Translations under genes and position numbers: made by a program | IMG/VR virus record: IMGVR_UViG_3300023222_000219 | Coordinates: 1 to 54,179 of that record | DNA length: 54,179 nucleotides | From: a virus | Taxonomy: Duplodnaviria > Caudoviricetes | Direction: 5' to 3' (one strand) | Shown: positions 26,180-35,155 of the stretch, in pieces | Layout of the letters: each line of letters starts with the position of its first letter | Position numbering within the stretch: position 1 is the stretch's first letter | The notes under the pieces: model-generated | What the model was told of the DNA's origin: nothing | Databases searched by the model: none | What the model saw: the letters and a program-made list of their open reading frames with translations, nothing else

Positions 26180-26683
26180 ATGTCTCTCGTTCCATGTGGA
26201 GAGGGTACGGCGTTGACTGACAAAGAAAAAGAAAATTTCCAAAAACAAAATCCTGAAAGTGGTAAGTTACACCCTACCCCTCAGAAGCGAACACACTCAC
26301 CGAACCAAAACTTCGATTTTAGCTCAAAAATGCACATTGTAAAGAGAAGTTCGGTCCATTCGAAGTATATAGGCGTTTTTTGGTGTGGCCAGACATCGAA
26401 ATGGCATGCAAATTGGGGGATAGGTAATAAGAAGATTTCGTATGGTCGTCACATGACAGAGGAAGCTGCTGCATTGGCATATGATCTTAATATGCGGAAA
26501 TTAGTGAAGAGATTGAATAGGTATAACTTTCCGGCGGCGGATGACAAGATTGCCTCTGAGCGATCGGATCAGGAGTTGGCGAAGTTCCCCGATGAGAAGG
26601 CTCCCCAGGATGATGAGTTGTTTGGGCCCGGGACAGCATTGGATAAACGGGAGGCTCGTAAGGAAGTGGATAATGAATTTTGA
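26180..26683 (+). CDS. AP2-domain DNA-binding protein
   Basis: SKYIGVFW....KW.A........YG...TEEAAALAYD.....NF; start uncertain. Confidence 0.75.
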   Translation: MSLVPCGEGTALTDKEKENFQKQNPESGKLHPTPQKRTHSPNQNFDFSSKMHIVKRSSVHSKYIGVFWCGQTSKWHANWGIGNKKISYGRHMTEEAAALAYDLNMRKLVKRLNRYNFPAADDKIASERSDQELAKFPDEKAPQDDELFGPGTALDKREARKEVDNEF

Positions 26684-26773
26684 AAATGATTTAATAAACG
26701 GCTTAATAGCGGGTTTCTTTTTCGCGACCTCATTTTGGCTTTGGTTCATGCATAAATATTGCGGGGAGTTTTA

Positions 26774-27004
26774 ATGAAATTCAACAATCGCCACAGAGAC
26801 CCAGTTTATGCCACAAAAGAAGAGCTTGAGAAATGGGTTTTTATTAGAGAATGGGGCGCAATAGACAAAATCAATTCTGACCGGGAAAAATCTTTAAAAG
26901 AATGGGGTTGGGTTGGATTGGGAGATCTAGCTTTTGAAAGAGTTTCCCAGATTGCTTCTAAGGAACCATGGCAGAGAGGATTTAAGAAGGAACATTTTGA
27001 ATGA
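26774..27004 (+). CDS. Hypothetical protein
   Basis: GGGGAG RBS. Confidence 0.5.
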   Translation: MKFNNRHRDPVYATKEELEKWVFIREWGAIDKINSDREKSLKEWGWVGLGDLAFERVSQIASKEPWQRGFKKEHFE

Positions 27005-27146
27005 ATAAAAAACCCACAACAATCGGAATCGACATGGGCCTAGAAAATGGTGATATGTGCGTAATTATTGACAATACTAAACGCGGAAGACATTGTTTTG
27101 CTCAAAGTTAAGGCCACATGGAAACCGGGAAATTTTAGGTGGATCC

Positions 27147-27326
27147 ATGGAAAGTAAAATTGAAAATAAATCTGAAAATCGAATATTTTATGATTCGTTA
27201 TTGCCGCCGAAATCTGCTTTTTTATACGGACACATGTTTAAACCAACAAAGATTGATGATCACGAAACGCTTATGGAGCATCGATTCATCCCTATTGAAG
27301 TCCCAAAAAAGAAATGGCTCGAATAA
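27147..27326 (+). CDS. Hypothetical protein
   Basis: AGGTGG RBS before MESKIENK. Confidence 0.45.
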   Translation: MESKIENKSENRIFYDSLLPPKSAFLYGHMFKPTKIDDHETLMEHRFIPIEVPKKKWLE

Positions 27327-27387
27327 GAAAAATGATGCATGACAAAGAAGAGCAGCTTCGAAATGAATTTCTTGGCAAGTTTATTAA

Positions 27388-27630
27388 ATGATGACAAAAT
27401 CCCTAGATCTAAAGCAATTACGTTTAAATACTGGTCTACGCCGGAAGGAGTTTTGCTATAAATTGGGGATTGGTGAGCGATCCTTAAGATATTGGGAAGC
27501 CGGCCAGCGCATAGTCCCAACACAGAGAATCGTTAATTATGCGCGTGTGTGTGGCGTAAGTCAGGAAGAAATTTTAAAAGCAATTGGAGAAACATTTGAT
27601 AAGGTGGCGGCCGAAAGTTCGAAATCGTGA
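27388..27630 (+). CDS. XRE-family HTH regulator
   Basis: LKQLRLNTGL.RKEFC.KLGIGERSLRYWEAGQR.P. Confidence 0.85.
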   Translation: MMTKSLDLKQLRLNTGLRRKEFCYKLGIGERSLRYWEAGQRIVPTQRIVNYARVCGVSQEEILKAIGETFDKVAAESSKS

Positions 27631-27854
27631 TAATAGAAAGTCGGATTCATGATTGCATGTTTTGCGGCAAATTGTTTAATTTATACAGTAGAGGGCAAAT
27701 AGTTAATCACGCGATTAATTGCCCTGAAAAAGATAAATGGGAAAGCGATTTGAAAAAAGCCATCGATCGAGGAATCAAAAAAATGGCAATGTGGCCAAAC
27801 TCCATAAGCCCGATTTATATAAATCCCAATCCAAAATGCGAATTGTTGAAATGA
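27627..27854 (+). CDS. Small Zn-finger-like protein
   Basis: CMFCGK......H...C. Confidence 0.55.
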   Translation: MIIESRIHDCMFCGKLFNLYSRGQIVNHAINCPEKDKWESDLKKAIDRGIKKMAMWPNSISPIYINPNPKCELLK

Positions 27855-28243
27855 CTGAATACAAATATCCCCCAATCACTGATAAATGGCTTCCAAAACA
27901 GAATCCGGTTATTCGTGTAAACCCCACGTTCGATTCTCATGTTTCTAGTAAAGAATTTTTGAAATATCTACAAAAGACATGTAACGCAAGAGATTTTTCA
28001 GAAAGCACAGCGCCTATCAGCCAAAGACCTATAACCCCACCGCCAGAACCGGATTTTATTAAAGAGGATGAGTTGCCAAAAATTGATCCGCCAGAAGTCG
28101 AAAAAGAATATGGGGGATTAGCGCAGAATAAAAAATTTATTCCGGATTGGGTAAATCGAGAAAAAATTGGATCAAGGATACTTCTTGTTTCGATTTTAAT
28201 ACTTGGAATTATATTAGTGATTTGGACAAATTATTATGAATAA
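27851..28243 (+). CDS. Pro-rich protein with C-terminal TM helix
   Basis: Likely ATG 27851; ILLVSILILGIILVIW anchor. Confidence 0.55.
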   Translation: MTEYKYPPITDKWLPKQNPVIRVNPTFDSHVSSKEFLKYLQKTCNARDFSESTAPISQRPITPPPEPDFIKEDELPKIDPPEVEKEYGGLAQNKKFIPDWVNREKIGSRILLVSILILGIILVIWTNYYE

Positions 28244-28421
28244 CGCTTTAATGCCCAAATCAGACGAGGAAATCATGAAAGATTGGTTTGAGACTAATAA
28301 TTTGCCATTGAATAAAAAAAATTCTGATCATTTCAAAAAGACGTCAATTTTTGCGTTTCTTAAATTAGCCGATAGATTGCAAATTTTGAAAAAAACGATA
28401 ATTAAGGTTTTATATGGTTAA
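28236..28421 (+). CDS. Hypothetical protein
   Basis: Coupled ORF. Confidence 0.5.
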   Translation: MNNALMPKSDEEIMKDWFETNNLPLNKKNSDHFKKTSIFAFLKLADRLQILKKTIIKVLYG

Positions 28422-28854
28422 ATTAATAGAGCAAAGAAAAACCTGGGACTGTAGCCACGCATGTTTAGCCATGTGGGCAAAAGTACCTTATGACGTTGTG
28501 GCAATCAAAGCCAAATCACTTGATCTTTATAGTGAAGTCTTGGGAGATGGCGAATTTAAGGTTTTATGCCAGTCTTTCGGGATAAATCCCTTTGTTATTG
28601 ATCAAGCATACGGGAGGCTCGAGGGAACTTTGATTCTGCCATCACTCAACAATCCAGGTGGAGCGCATGCCGTTTATCTAAATGATAATAGCGTTTATGA
28701 TCCATCATGTAGAAAGAAATATTTAAGAAAATTTAGCCCATGGCCATCATGCTATCAATTAGCGATTGATTTAAATAATGATTATGGTCTTGAAATGGCC
28801 GACGAATGGCTTCAATACAAACAAAGAATTTTTGATGACGGGAAGCCAGTTTGA
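28414..28854 (+). CDS. Peptidase C39-like cysteine protease
   Basis: Q....DC..ACLAM ... HAVY ... VYDP catalytic pattern. Confidence 0.7.
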   Translation: MVKLIEQRKTWDCSHACLAMWAKVPYDVVAIKAKSLDLYSEVLGDGEFKVLCQSFGINPFVIDQAYGRLEGTLILPSLNNPGGAHAVYLNDNSVYDPSCRKKYLRKFSPWPSCYQLAIDLNNDYGLEMADEWLQYKQRIFDDGKPV

Positions 28855-28987
28855 TTGAATGGCTCATAAGATTTTTTGGTCGATTTCCGGCAAAATGCCC
28901 CAAATGCAAATTACATGGAGATTATAGAACAAATTTTGGAAAATGTGTTTTTTGTATGCATCAAATCCGCCAAGGAAAATATAGATA

Positions 28988-30421
28988 ATGGTTAGCGTTG
29001 CTGGATATCAACCAGGGGACGAAGCCATAAGAGCTCACAAAAGCCTCGCACGAATCCGGTGTCTGATTTGGGGAATTAAAAGCGGAAAGACTGAATGGGG
29101 CGCTTGCGAAATTGTCAGATTCGCAATGAAAAATTCAAATAAATTGGCCTGGTGCGTAAGTTCATCATTTAATAATCTTGGAGCCTGTTTCGTAGCGATT
29201 AAAAAATTACTCGATTATTACAAAGTTGGTTATAAATATAAGATTGCAGAACATGCTTATCATTTAACCAATGGAAGCATTATCGCTTGTAGATCAGGCG
29301 ATCAATATGACAATTTACGTGGCCCAAACGTTGATTTCCTTTGGATTGATGAGGCTGCATATGTCAAGGAGGAAGCTTGGTTTATCTGTGAAGATAGACT
29401 GGCGGCCACTGAGGGCGATATCATTTTGACCACAACTACCGACACAAGAAATTGGATTTGGGACTTATGCCTCGATGGCGGAATGCCTCCGTCTATGGAA
29501 TATGGTGTTTTTCAAAGTAAAGGTGAAAACGGCAAACGAGATCATAGGTATTTTATAAGTCATTGGCCAACGTGGCACTTTCCATGGGTTTCTGAAGAAT
29601 GGATTGCAAATGTAAAGAAAAAAAGACCTAGATCCATATTTGATAGAGATATTGGGGCCCTATTTACTTCTCACGGAACAGCCGTTTTTAATTATCTTTG
29701 GGAAGCCTTATCTCGAGCGCCACTTGTGAAAAGTAACGATGCTAAATATGTAATTGGATTAGACCTTGCCAAAGAACAAGATTTCACAGTATTAACCATA
29801 ATGGACGGTGACGGGCGAGTTTTCAAGGTTTTACGTTTTCAAAAAATAGATTATAGGATTCAAGTCAAAAGAATTGCCGAGCAAGCCAAGCTTTGGAATG
29901 CCTGTGTTGTTCTCGATAAAGCCAATGTAGGAAACGTTATTCAAGAGCTTTTAAGAGAGGAAAAGGTACAAATTCAATGTGTCGATATGAACAGCTCAGA
30001 AGTCAAAACTTCTTTGATTCAATCTCTTCAGATAGCATTTGAGAACAAATCTATCAAATTAATTGATCCAAAATCTCTATGGGGAACCAGAGAAGATAAA
30101 CAAATGTATGAGGAACTTGGTTATTATGCCACGAAATTAACGCCGGGAAGAAAACAATTAAGTTATGGAGCTCCAAGTGGATTTCATGACGATTGCGTGG
30201 TTTCTATTGCCTTGGCAAATTGGGGAAGAGTTAGAGGTTTTGCCGGTGGTGGAATGTCGGCTCAACAGGTGGCCGTAGGAGTGAAGGAGTGGGAAGCATT
30301 ACTCAGTCGAGCAAAAGACAAGAAAAATTTAATGAGACCACGAAACCTAAATCTGTTAAAAAGGTATTATGACAATAAAACTCGACTTGGTTTCAAGTCT
30401 GGTGGGACGTTTTGGAGGTAA
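28988..30421 (+). CDS. terL: Terminase large subunit
   Basis: GIKSGKT, LRG..DFLWIDEAA, IGLDLAKEQDFT, HDDCVVS.ALA. Confidence 0.95.
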   Translation: MVSVAGYQPGDEAIRAHKSLARIRCLIWGIKSGKTEWGACEIVRFAMKNSNKLAWCVSSSFNNLGACFVAIKKLLDYYKVGYKYKIAEHAYHLTNGSIIACRSGDQYDNLRGPNVDFLWIDEAAYVKEEAWFICEDRLAATEGDIILTTTTDTRNWIWDLCLDGGMPPSMEYGVFQSKGENGKRDHRYFISHWPTWHFPWVSEEWIANVKKKRPRSIFDRDIGALFTSHGTAVFNYLWEALSRAPLVKSNDAKYVIGLDLAKEQDFTVLTIMDGDGRVFKVLRFQKIDYRIQVKRIAEQAKLWNACVVLDKANVGNVIQELLREEKVQIQCVDMNSSEVKTSLIQSLQIAFENKSIKLIDPKSLWGTREDKQMYEELGYYATKLTPGRKQLSYGAPSGFHDDCVVSIALANWGRVRGFAGGGMSAQQVAVGVKEWEALLSRAKDKKNLMRPRNLNLLKRYYDNKTRLGFKSGGTFWR

Positions 30422-30426
30422 AAAAA

Positions 30427-31842
30427 ATGGGTTGGTTTAGAAAAGACAAAAACTTACAAGAATCGAACAAAGATAAACCCACTGGTTCTGGTTCCGGATC
30501 ACCTCGTTTCAAGAAACTCAATAAAATGACAGAGCAAATATTTGCAACAGGTGAAGACCTCGATGCCGGGACGGAATTTAGCGATATCTTTTTTAAAAAA
30601 ATCTCCGGAACTCCCGAACTTGATTTACCACCACAAACACTTAGAAAAGCTCAAAGACTTGCAATGCTTTTATATCGTAAAAACGCTAGGGCTTGGAGCG
30701 GAACCGAAGTTTTTAAGGATTTCGCTTTAGGTGACGGAATCAAATTCAAAGCTAAAGACCCTAAAGTCCAAGAAGTCTTGGACGAGCATTGGAAAATGAA
30801 TGAATGGGAGGACAAACTTGAGGAGAGAATGCGTGGCCTTGCTTTAATGGGTGAACAAGCATATCCCGCATTTATTAATAAAAATACAGGATTAGTAAGG
30901 CTTTCGTCAGTATCTCCTTTAAAAATAAAAGGGATTAGAAGGAATCCGGAAGACGCAGAAGACTTGCTTGAAGTCCTTACAGAGTTCAAACCTAAAGAGC
31001 CATTCGAAATTATTAAAATCAATGATGAAGGACAATTAGAAGGAAGTATTTTCTATTTTCCAGTTAATCGCGTAAGTGGCGGGACTCGTGGAGTTCCTGA
31101 TATGTTGCCTTCTGTTGATTGGCTCGAGGGCCTTGACGGTATGCTTTTCGCACTTATGGAAAGAAGTTCATTATCTCAGGACATTGTTTTTGATCTCGAA
31201 TATAAAGGCGCAGATGAAGGCGAATGTCGAAAAATGGCTTTGGAATTTATCGCAAGCTTAAAAGAGGGCGGGGCATACGCTCATAACGAAAACGTCAAGC
31301 TCACAATCATGGCTCCAAACTTGGCAGCCTCCGAAGCTGAAATAGTAATCTCAATATTACTCCGTCAAATTCAAGCCGGAATGAGATTGGCCGGTTTATT
31401 TTTCGGTGACGCTGAAGATTTAACAAAAGGAAGTGCAAGCGAATTGTCTATGCCAGTTGCAAAGGCCATAAGAGCAAGACAAAATGTTTGGATACGAATT
31501 TTTACAAAAATATTTGAATATCAAATTCAGAAGTCAAAGGAAGCCGGTAGATTGGATGGCGTCGAAGATTTTGGCTTTAAAATATCAATGGATCCGGTTC
31601 TTTTAAGGGACGTTAAAACAATAACAGCGGCCTTGATTGATTTGACTACCACATTAACAAATGCGGTCCAAGAGGATTACATTACAAATCCAGAAGCCGC
31701 CGAAATTTATAGAAAAGCATTGCAACAGCTTGGAAGCCTCATGGACGAATTTGATCCTGAAAAATCCTCTGATATTGAAGACCTTAAAAGAAGATTCTTA
31801 AAAAATGAAGATGACGACGAAGGCGATCCAAAGGAAGCTTAA
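30427..31842 (+). CDS. Portal protein
   Basis: Position after terL, ~470 aa, RG.PD.....DWL motif; likely ATG 30427 after GGAGG. Confidence 0.8.
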   Translation: MGWFRKDKNLQESNKDKPTGSGSGSPRFKKLNKMTEQIFATGEDLDAGTEFSDIFFKKISGTPELDLPPQTLRKAQRLAMLLYRKNARAWSGTEVFKDFALGDGIKFKAKDPKVQEVLDEHWKMNEWEDKLEERMRGLALMGEQAYPAFINKNTGLVRLSSVSPLKIKGIRRNPEDAEDLLEVLTEFKPKEPFEIIKINDEGQLEGSIFYFPVNRVSGGTRGVPDMLPSVDWLEGLDGMLFALMERSSLSQDIVFDLEYKGADEGECRKMALEFIASLKEGGAYAHNENVKLTIMAPNLAASEAEIVISILLRQIQAGMRLAGLFFGDAEDLTKGSASELSMPVAKAIRARQNVWIRIFTKIFEYQIQKSKEAGRLDGVEDFGFKISMDPVLLRDVKTITAALIDLTTTLTNAVQEDYITNPEAAEIYRKALQQLGSLMDEFDPEKSSDIEDLKRRFLKNEDDDEGDPKEA

Positions 31843-31844
31843 TT

Positions 31845-32591
31845 ATGCCACAACACCCAAATCCAAACTTTGAATCCAATGATTATAGCGATACGGGGAT
31901 ATGGGCACGTACAAACAACCCTTCTTTTGCAGATGATCTTTTTAATAAAGGTACCGCAATTGATGGAGGAACTGGATCTGCTGCGTTTGTAACAAAATCC
32001 CCCGGTGTTGTGGTGTCCGGTGACACAGCGATAACTAAGGCAATATGGTGGAAAGGTACTGATATGACATCCGTGCCTGACATACACGCTTTTTTATTAG
32101 CACAACATGATTCAACAATAAAGAGACAGTTTTTCATGAGGGTATTGGCTGGCAGTGTTGAACATGGTCAATTAGAGGTCTTTGTGTTTGACGGTGGGAC
32201 TAGCACTAATTCCATTAATTCTTTAAGTTCTAATAGGTTTGATGTTGATATTTGGTATTTATTTCTAGTCAGAGCTAACTCCTCGGCCTTGGATATATTT
32301 TTTGCAACAGTTGATAATCCAACGATAGCAGAAGTAGGTTATGTGGTTGGCAGGGACAGCCAAAATGCAGGTACAGGCTTCTCAATTATGGGTGGTGCAA
32401 CATCAGATCTAATTACTGGCGAAGACCCAGAGACTCCGGCCAATGACCAATTGTTTGGATTAAATGCTCGACCACGAATTTGGAAAAATAAATTTTTAAC
32501 TAACTCTCAACTTCAAAGCTTTGCAACCCAACAAATAAAATTAATCAATGGGACAGCAAAAAAAATCCTATTGTTTCCTGATAATGATTGA
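31845..32591 (+). CDS. LamG-like head-accessory protein
   Basis: T.AIWWK, WYLFLV, RIWK..LT..QL beta-sandwich pattern. Confidence 0.6.
   Translation: MPQHPNPNFESNDYSDTGIWARTNNPSFADDLFNKGTAIDGGTGSAAFVTKSPGVVVSGDTAITKAIWWKGTDMTSVPDIHAFLLAQHDSTIKRQFFMRVLAGSVEHGQLEVFVFDGGTSTNSINSLSSNRFDVDIWYLFLVRANSSALDIFFATVDNPTIAEVGYVVGRDSQNAGTGFSIMGGATSDLITGEDPETPANDQLFGLNARPRIWKNKFLTNSQLQSFATQQIKLINGTAKKILLFPDND
32356..32458 (+). repeat. 103-bp dispersed repeat, copy 2
   Basis: Matches 18341-18443. Confidence 0.9.
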
Positions 32592-32629
32592 TTTTTATTT
32601 AAAATGAAAAAAATTAAGAAAGGTAAATT

Positions 32630-32950
32630 ATGAAATATGCATTAATCAAAAACGTTCCATTAGGATCTTTGTTAGATAGGGATAAATCCACTGGAATGGT
32701 TAATTGGAGAAAATATGGATTCAATCCCGACGATGTTCGAAGAACAACCGTTCAAGGCGACGATTCAGAAGCAAACTATACTTCAATAATTCCCATATCT
32801 AATCAGGCGCTATTCGATAGTAAATTGTCAGAATTACAAGCAAAAATTGACACTAATAAATATGAAAATGATTCAATTACTGTTATTGAAGAAGCTGAAA
32901 AGGAAACCAGAAAAACAGATGTTGAAACAATTCGCGCTGCGCAGGAGTAA
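32630..32950 (+). CDS. Hypothetical protein
   Basis: AAAGG RBS. Confidence 0.65.
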   Translation: MKYALIKNVPLGSLLDRDKSTGMVNWRKYGFNPDDVRRTTVQGDDSEANYTSIIPISNQALFDSKLSELQAKIDTNKYENDSITVIEEAEKETRKTDVETIRAAQE

Positions 32951-32953
32951 ATA

Positions 32954-33634
32954 ATGTCTAATAAACTTTTTCACGTTTGCGCTGAGATCACAATACATCT
33001 TCTCAATCAAAACAACCTTACCTCTGAATTCAGCGCGGTAAGTCCTGATTCCAATCCAAAAGGAATTGGTGGAATAACTGACAGGCTTTTTCATGCCAGT
33101 ATTACCGGTCTTTTTGAACTAGATCCAGAAACTTTAGTAAGTCTAAGCAGTGCGCTTACTCCCGCGAGCGGTGGCTATGGAATGGGCGGAATTAAAAAAA
33201 GGCTTTATCATTCTTCCGATACACTAGCGTTATTGTTTGAAATTGACCCGGAAACACTCGCAAATCTAAGCGGGGGCGGTGTCAGTGCTCCCGATGCCTT
33301 GTCAAGAGGAATTGGCGGAACACTTGATAGACTTTATACTATTGCTGCAAATCTCTTAAAAGCGTATGAACTAGACCCAGAAACTTTAGCAAATCTAAGC
33401 GGTGCCGGGGTGACTACTCCGGGTAATTCTGGCGCGGGAATAGGGGGTACTGATAAAAGGCTTTTCTTTTCTAATCGTGCTGAAGACTTATTCGAGCTTG
33501 ATCCCATCACCTTGGCTAATTTAAGTGGGAGCGGTGTTAGCGGTCCGTGCACTAGCGCGCGAGGTATCGGCGGAACCAAATCAGGAAAATCGACATATAC
33601 AAAACATATTCTTTTAATTGATGCTCAAGAATGA
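32954..33634 (+). CDS. Repeat protein (propeller-blade-like ~43-aa repeats)
   Basis: Four to five GIGG..RL......ELDPETL..LS units. Confidence 0.7.
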   Translation: MSNKLFHVCAEITIHLLNQNNLTSEFSAVSPDSNPKGIGGITDRLFHASITGLFELDPETLVSLSSALTPASGGYGMGGIKKRLYHSSDTLALLFEIDPETLANLSGGGVSAPDALSRGIGGTLDRLYTIAANLLKAYELDPETLANLSGAGVTTPGNSGAGIGGTDKRLFFSNRAEDLFELDPITLANLSGSGVSGPCTSARGIGGTKSGKSTYTKHILLIDAQE

Positions 33635-34671
33635 CAAGTAGCGAAGATTCAAATAAATTTTCCCAATCATTTGCTGATAGCAGAAAACAGCTTTTCAAAC
33701 TATCAGACGCAGCCGTTTTAAATGTTATCAATCTCATGAAAGATTTTAGAGTCGATACATTAGATAGATTGAGAGCTGATAGGCCGTCAGATCCAAGAGA
33801 CCCATTTGACGTAAGAATTTTAGGTGATTTGCAATCAACCGTTAACGATTCCTTGGAATCCCTAAAAACAAAATCAGCTCAAGAATTTGACGAAAAATTG
33901 GGTTCAAGCTTTGAACTTGGCCAGGGAGTAACCGCCCGAGCGCTATTTGCCGCAAATATTCCAACGTTGTTTCCTCAAATTGCGCCAACCGTTTTGAATA
34001 CATTATCAAGAAATGCCGTCAATATTTATAGTGAAATGTTTGACGATCTGGGAACGGCTATCACAACGCAAATTAATCGCTCGATCGCTGGCCTTCAATC
34101 TTCAGGTCAGGCAATGGCCAAGATAAACCGTCTTTTAAGAACAAGTCCAGAAGTCAGAGCCGGATTGAGAAGGCGGGTAAAATTTGCTTTCCAGGCTGAA
34201 GAAATCACTAGGACTGAAATAGGTAGAGCTTTTTCAAATGCTCAACAGGCAGCATCAGAGCAATTATCTGATTCAATCCCAGGTTTAAAAAAAAGGTGGC
34301 TTCCAGTTGGTGACGGGAGAGTCAGACGTGGACATGCAGAAGCGGGACAAATTTATGGGCCTGGTGGCAGTATTGGCCCAATTCCAATAAAAAGCAGATT
34401 CAAAATAATCGATTATTCAAGAACGGGAACAAGCAATTTTCTTACTTTAGGCGGATCAGCAAGCCCTAAAGGATTCACAGGAGGCCAAAGAGTTATCCCT
34501 GTAAATCGATTTGTAAGACGTGGTGTATTGATTACCGATCAAATGCTGTTTCCAAGAGATCCGATCGCCAGTCCTGGGAATGTTATTCAATGCCGTTGCG
34601 TGGTCGTTGACGTTGTTCCCGATCTTGAAAAAACTTTAGACAAATCACTTGGAATTATTCAACAATCTTAA
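33631..34671 (+). CDS. Minor head protein (SPP1 gp7 / Mu F-like)
   Basis: ITRTE..RA, KKRW...DGRVR..H, FPRDP......IQCRC. Confidence 0.85.
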   Translation: MTSSEDSNKFSQSFADSRKQLFKLSDAAVLNVINLMKDFRVDTLDRLRADRPSDPRDPFDVRILGDLQSTVNDSLESLKTKSAQEFDEKLGSSFELGQGVTARALFAANIPTLFPQIAPTVLNTLSRNAVNIYSEMFDDLGTAITTQINRSIAGLQSSGQAMAKINRLLRTSPEVRAGLRRRVKFAFQAEEITRTEIGRAFSNAQQAASEQLSDSIPGLKKRWLPVGDGRVRRGHAEAGQIYGPGGSIGPIPIKSRFKIIDYSRTGTSNFLTLGGSASPKGFTGGQRVIPVNRFVRRGVLITDQMLFPRDPIASPGNVIQCRCVVVDVVPDLEKTLDKSLGIIQQS

Positions 34672-34687
34672 AAGGAGGTCATTTATC

Positions 34688-35047
34688 ATGGCAAAGAAAA
34701 CGACAACAAAGAAAACGACAAAGAAAAAAGAAAAAGTCGAAAAGCCAAAGGAAGAAGTCAAAAATGAAGAGGCTGAAAAAGAAATTACGGAAGCAACGCC
34801 GGAAGGAGTTTCATCATCAGAAACAGTAACGGTTGAATCTGAAGTTTCGGAAAAAATAGAAGAAAAGGCTGAAACTCAGGAAAAACAGGATTCAAACGCT
34901 ATGCCTGAAGGCGCTCCTGACATTACACATTGTCGCGGAGAATTCCAAACGGACACGCATTGGAAGTATAAAATCAAACATGAACATGTCGATAAATACG
35001 GCGGCAAAAAAACAATTATGATCGAAAAAAATCCGACAAAAAATTAA
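34688..35047 (+). CDS. Lys/Glu-rich hypothetical protein
   Basis: AGGAGG RBS before MAKKTT. Confidence 0.65.
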   Translation: MAKKTTTKKTTKKKEKVEKPKEEVKNEEAEKEITEATPEGVSSSETVTVESEVSEKIEEKAETQEKQDSNAMPEGAPDITHCRGEFQTDTHWKYKIKHEHVDKYGGKKTIMIEKNPTKN

Positions 35048-35064
35048 GTTCATGAAAAAAGCGG

Positions 35065-35111
35065 AACAGATTGTTCCCCAAATAGTCAAGGTTATTTGGG
35101 GGCAATCTGTT
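35065..35111 (+). terminator. Long hairpin before the capsid gene
   Basis: AACAGATTG..CCCCAAATA / TATTTGGGG.CAATCTGTT. Confidence 0.55.
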
Positions 35112-35155
35112 GATTTTTCTTGATTCAGTATCTCTGAATCAGTTATTTTTAATGT

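Noticed and set aside
18341-32458. Diversity-generating retroelement TR/VR pair
   Set aside because: Only 5 of 11 mismatches are at A in one copy and 3 of 11 in the other; no reverse transcriptase is present
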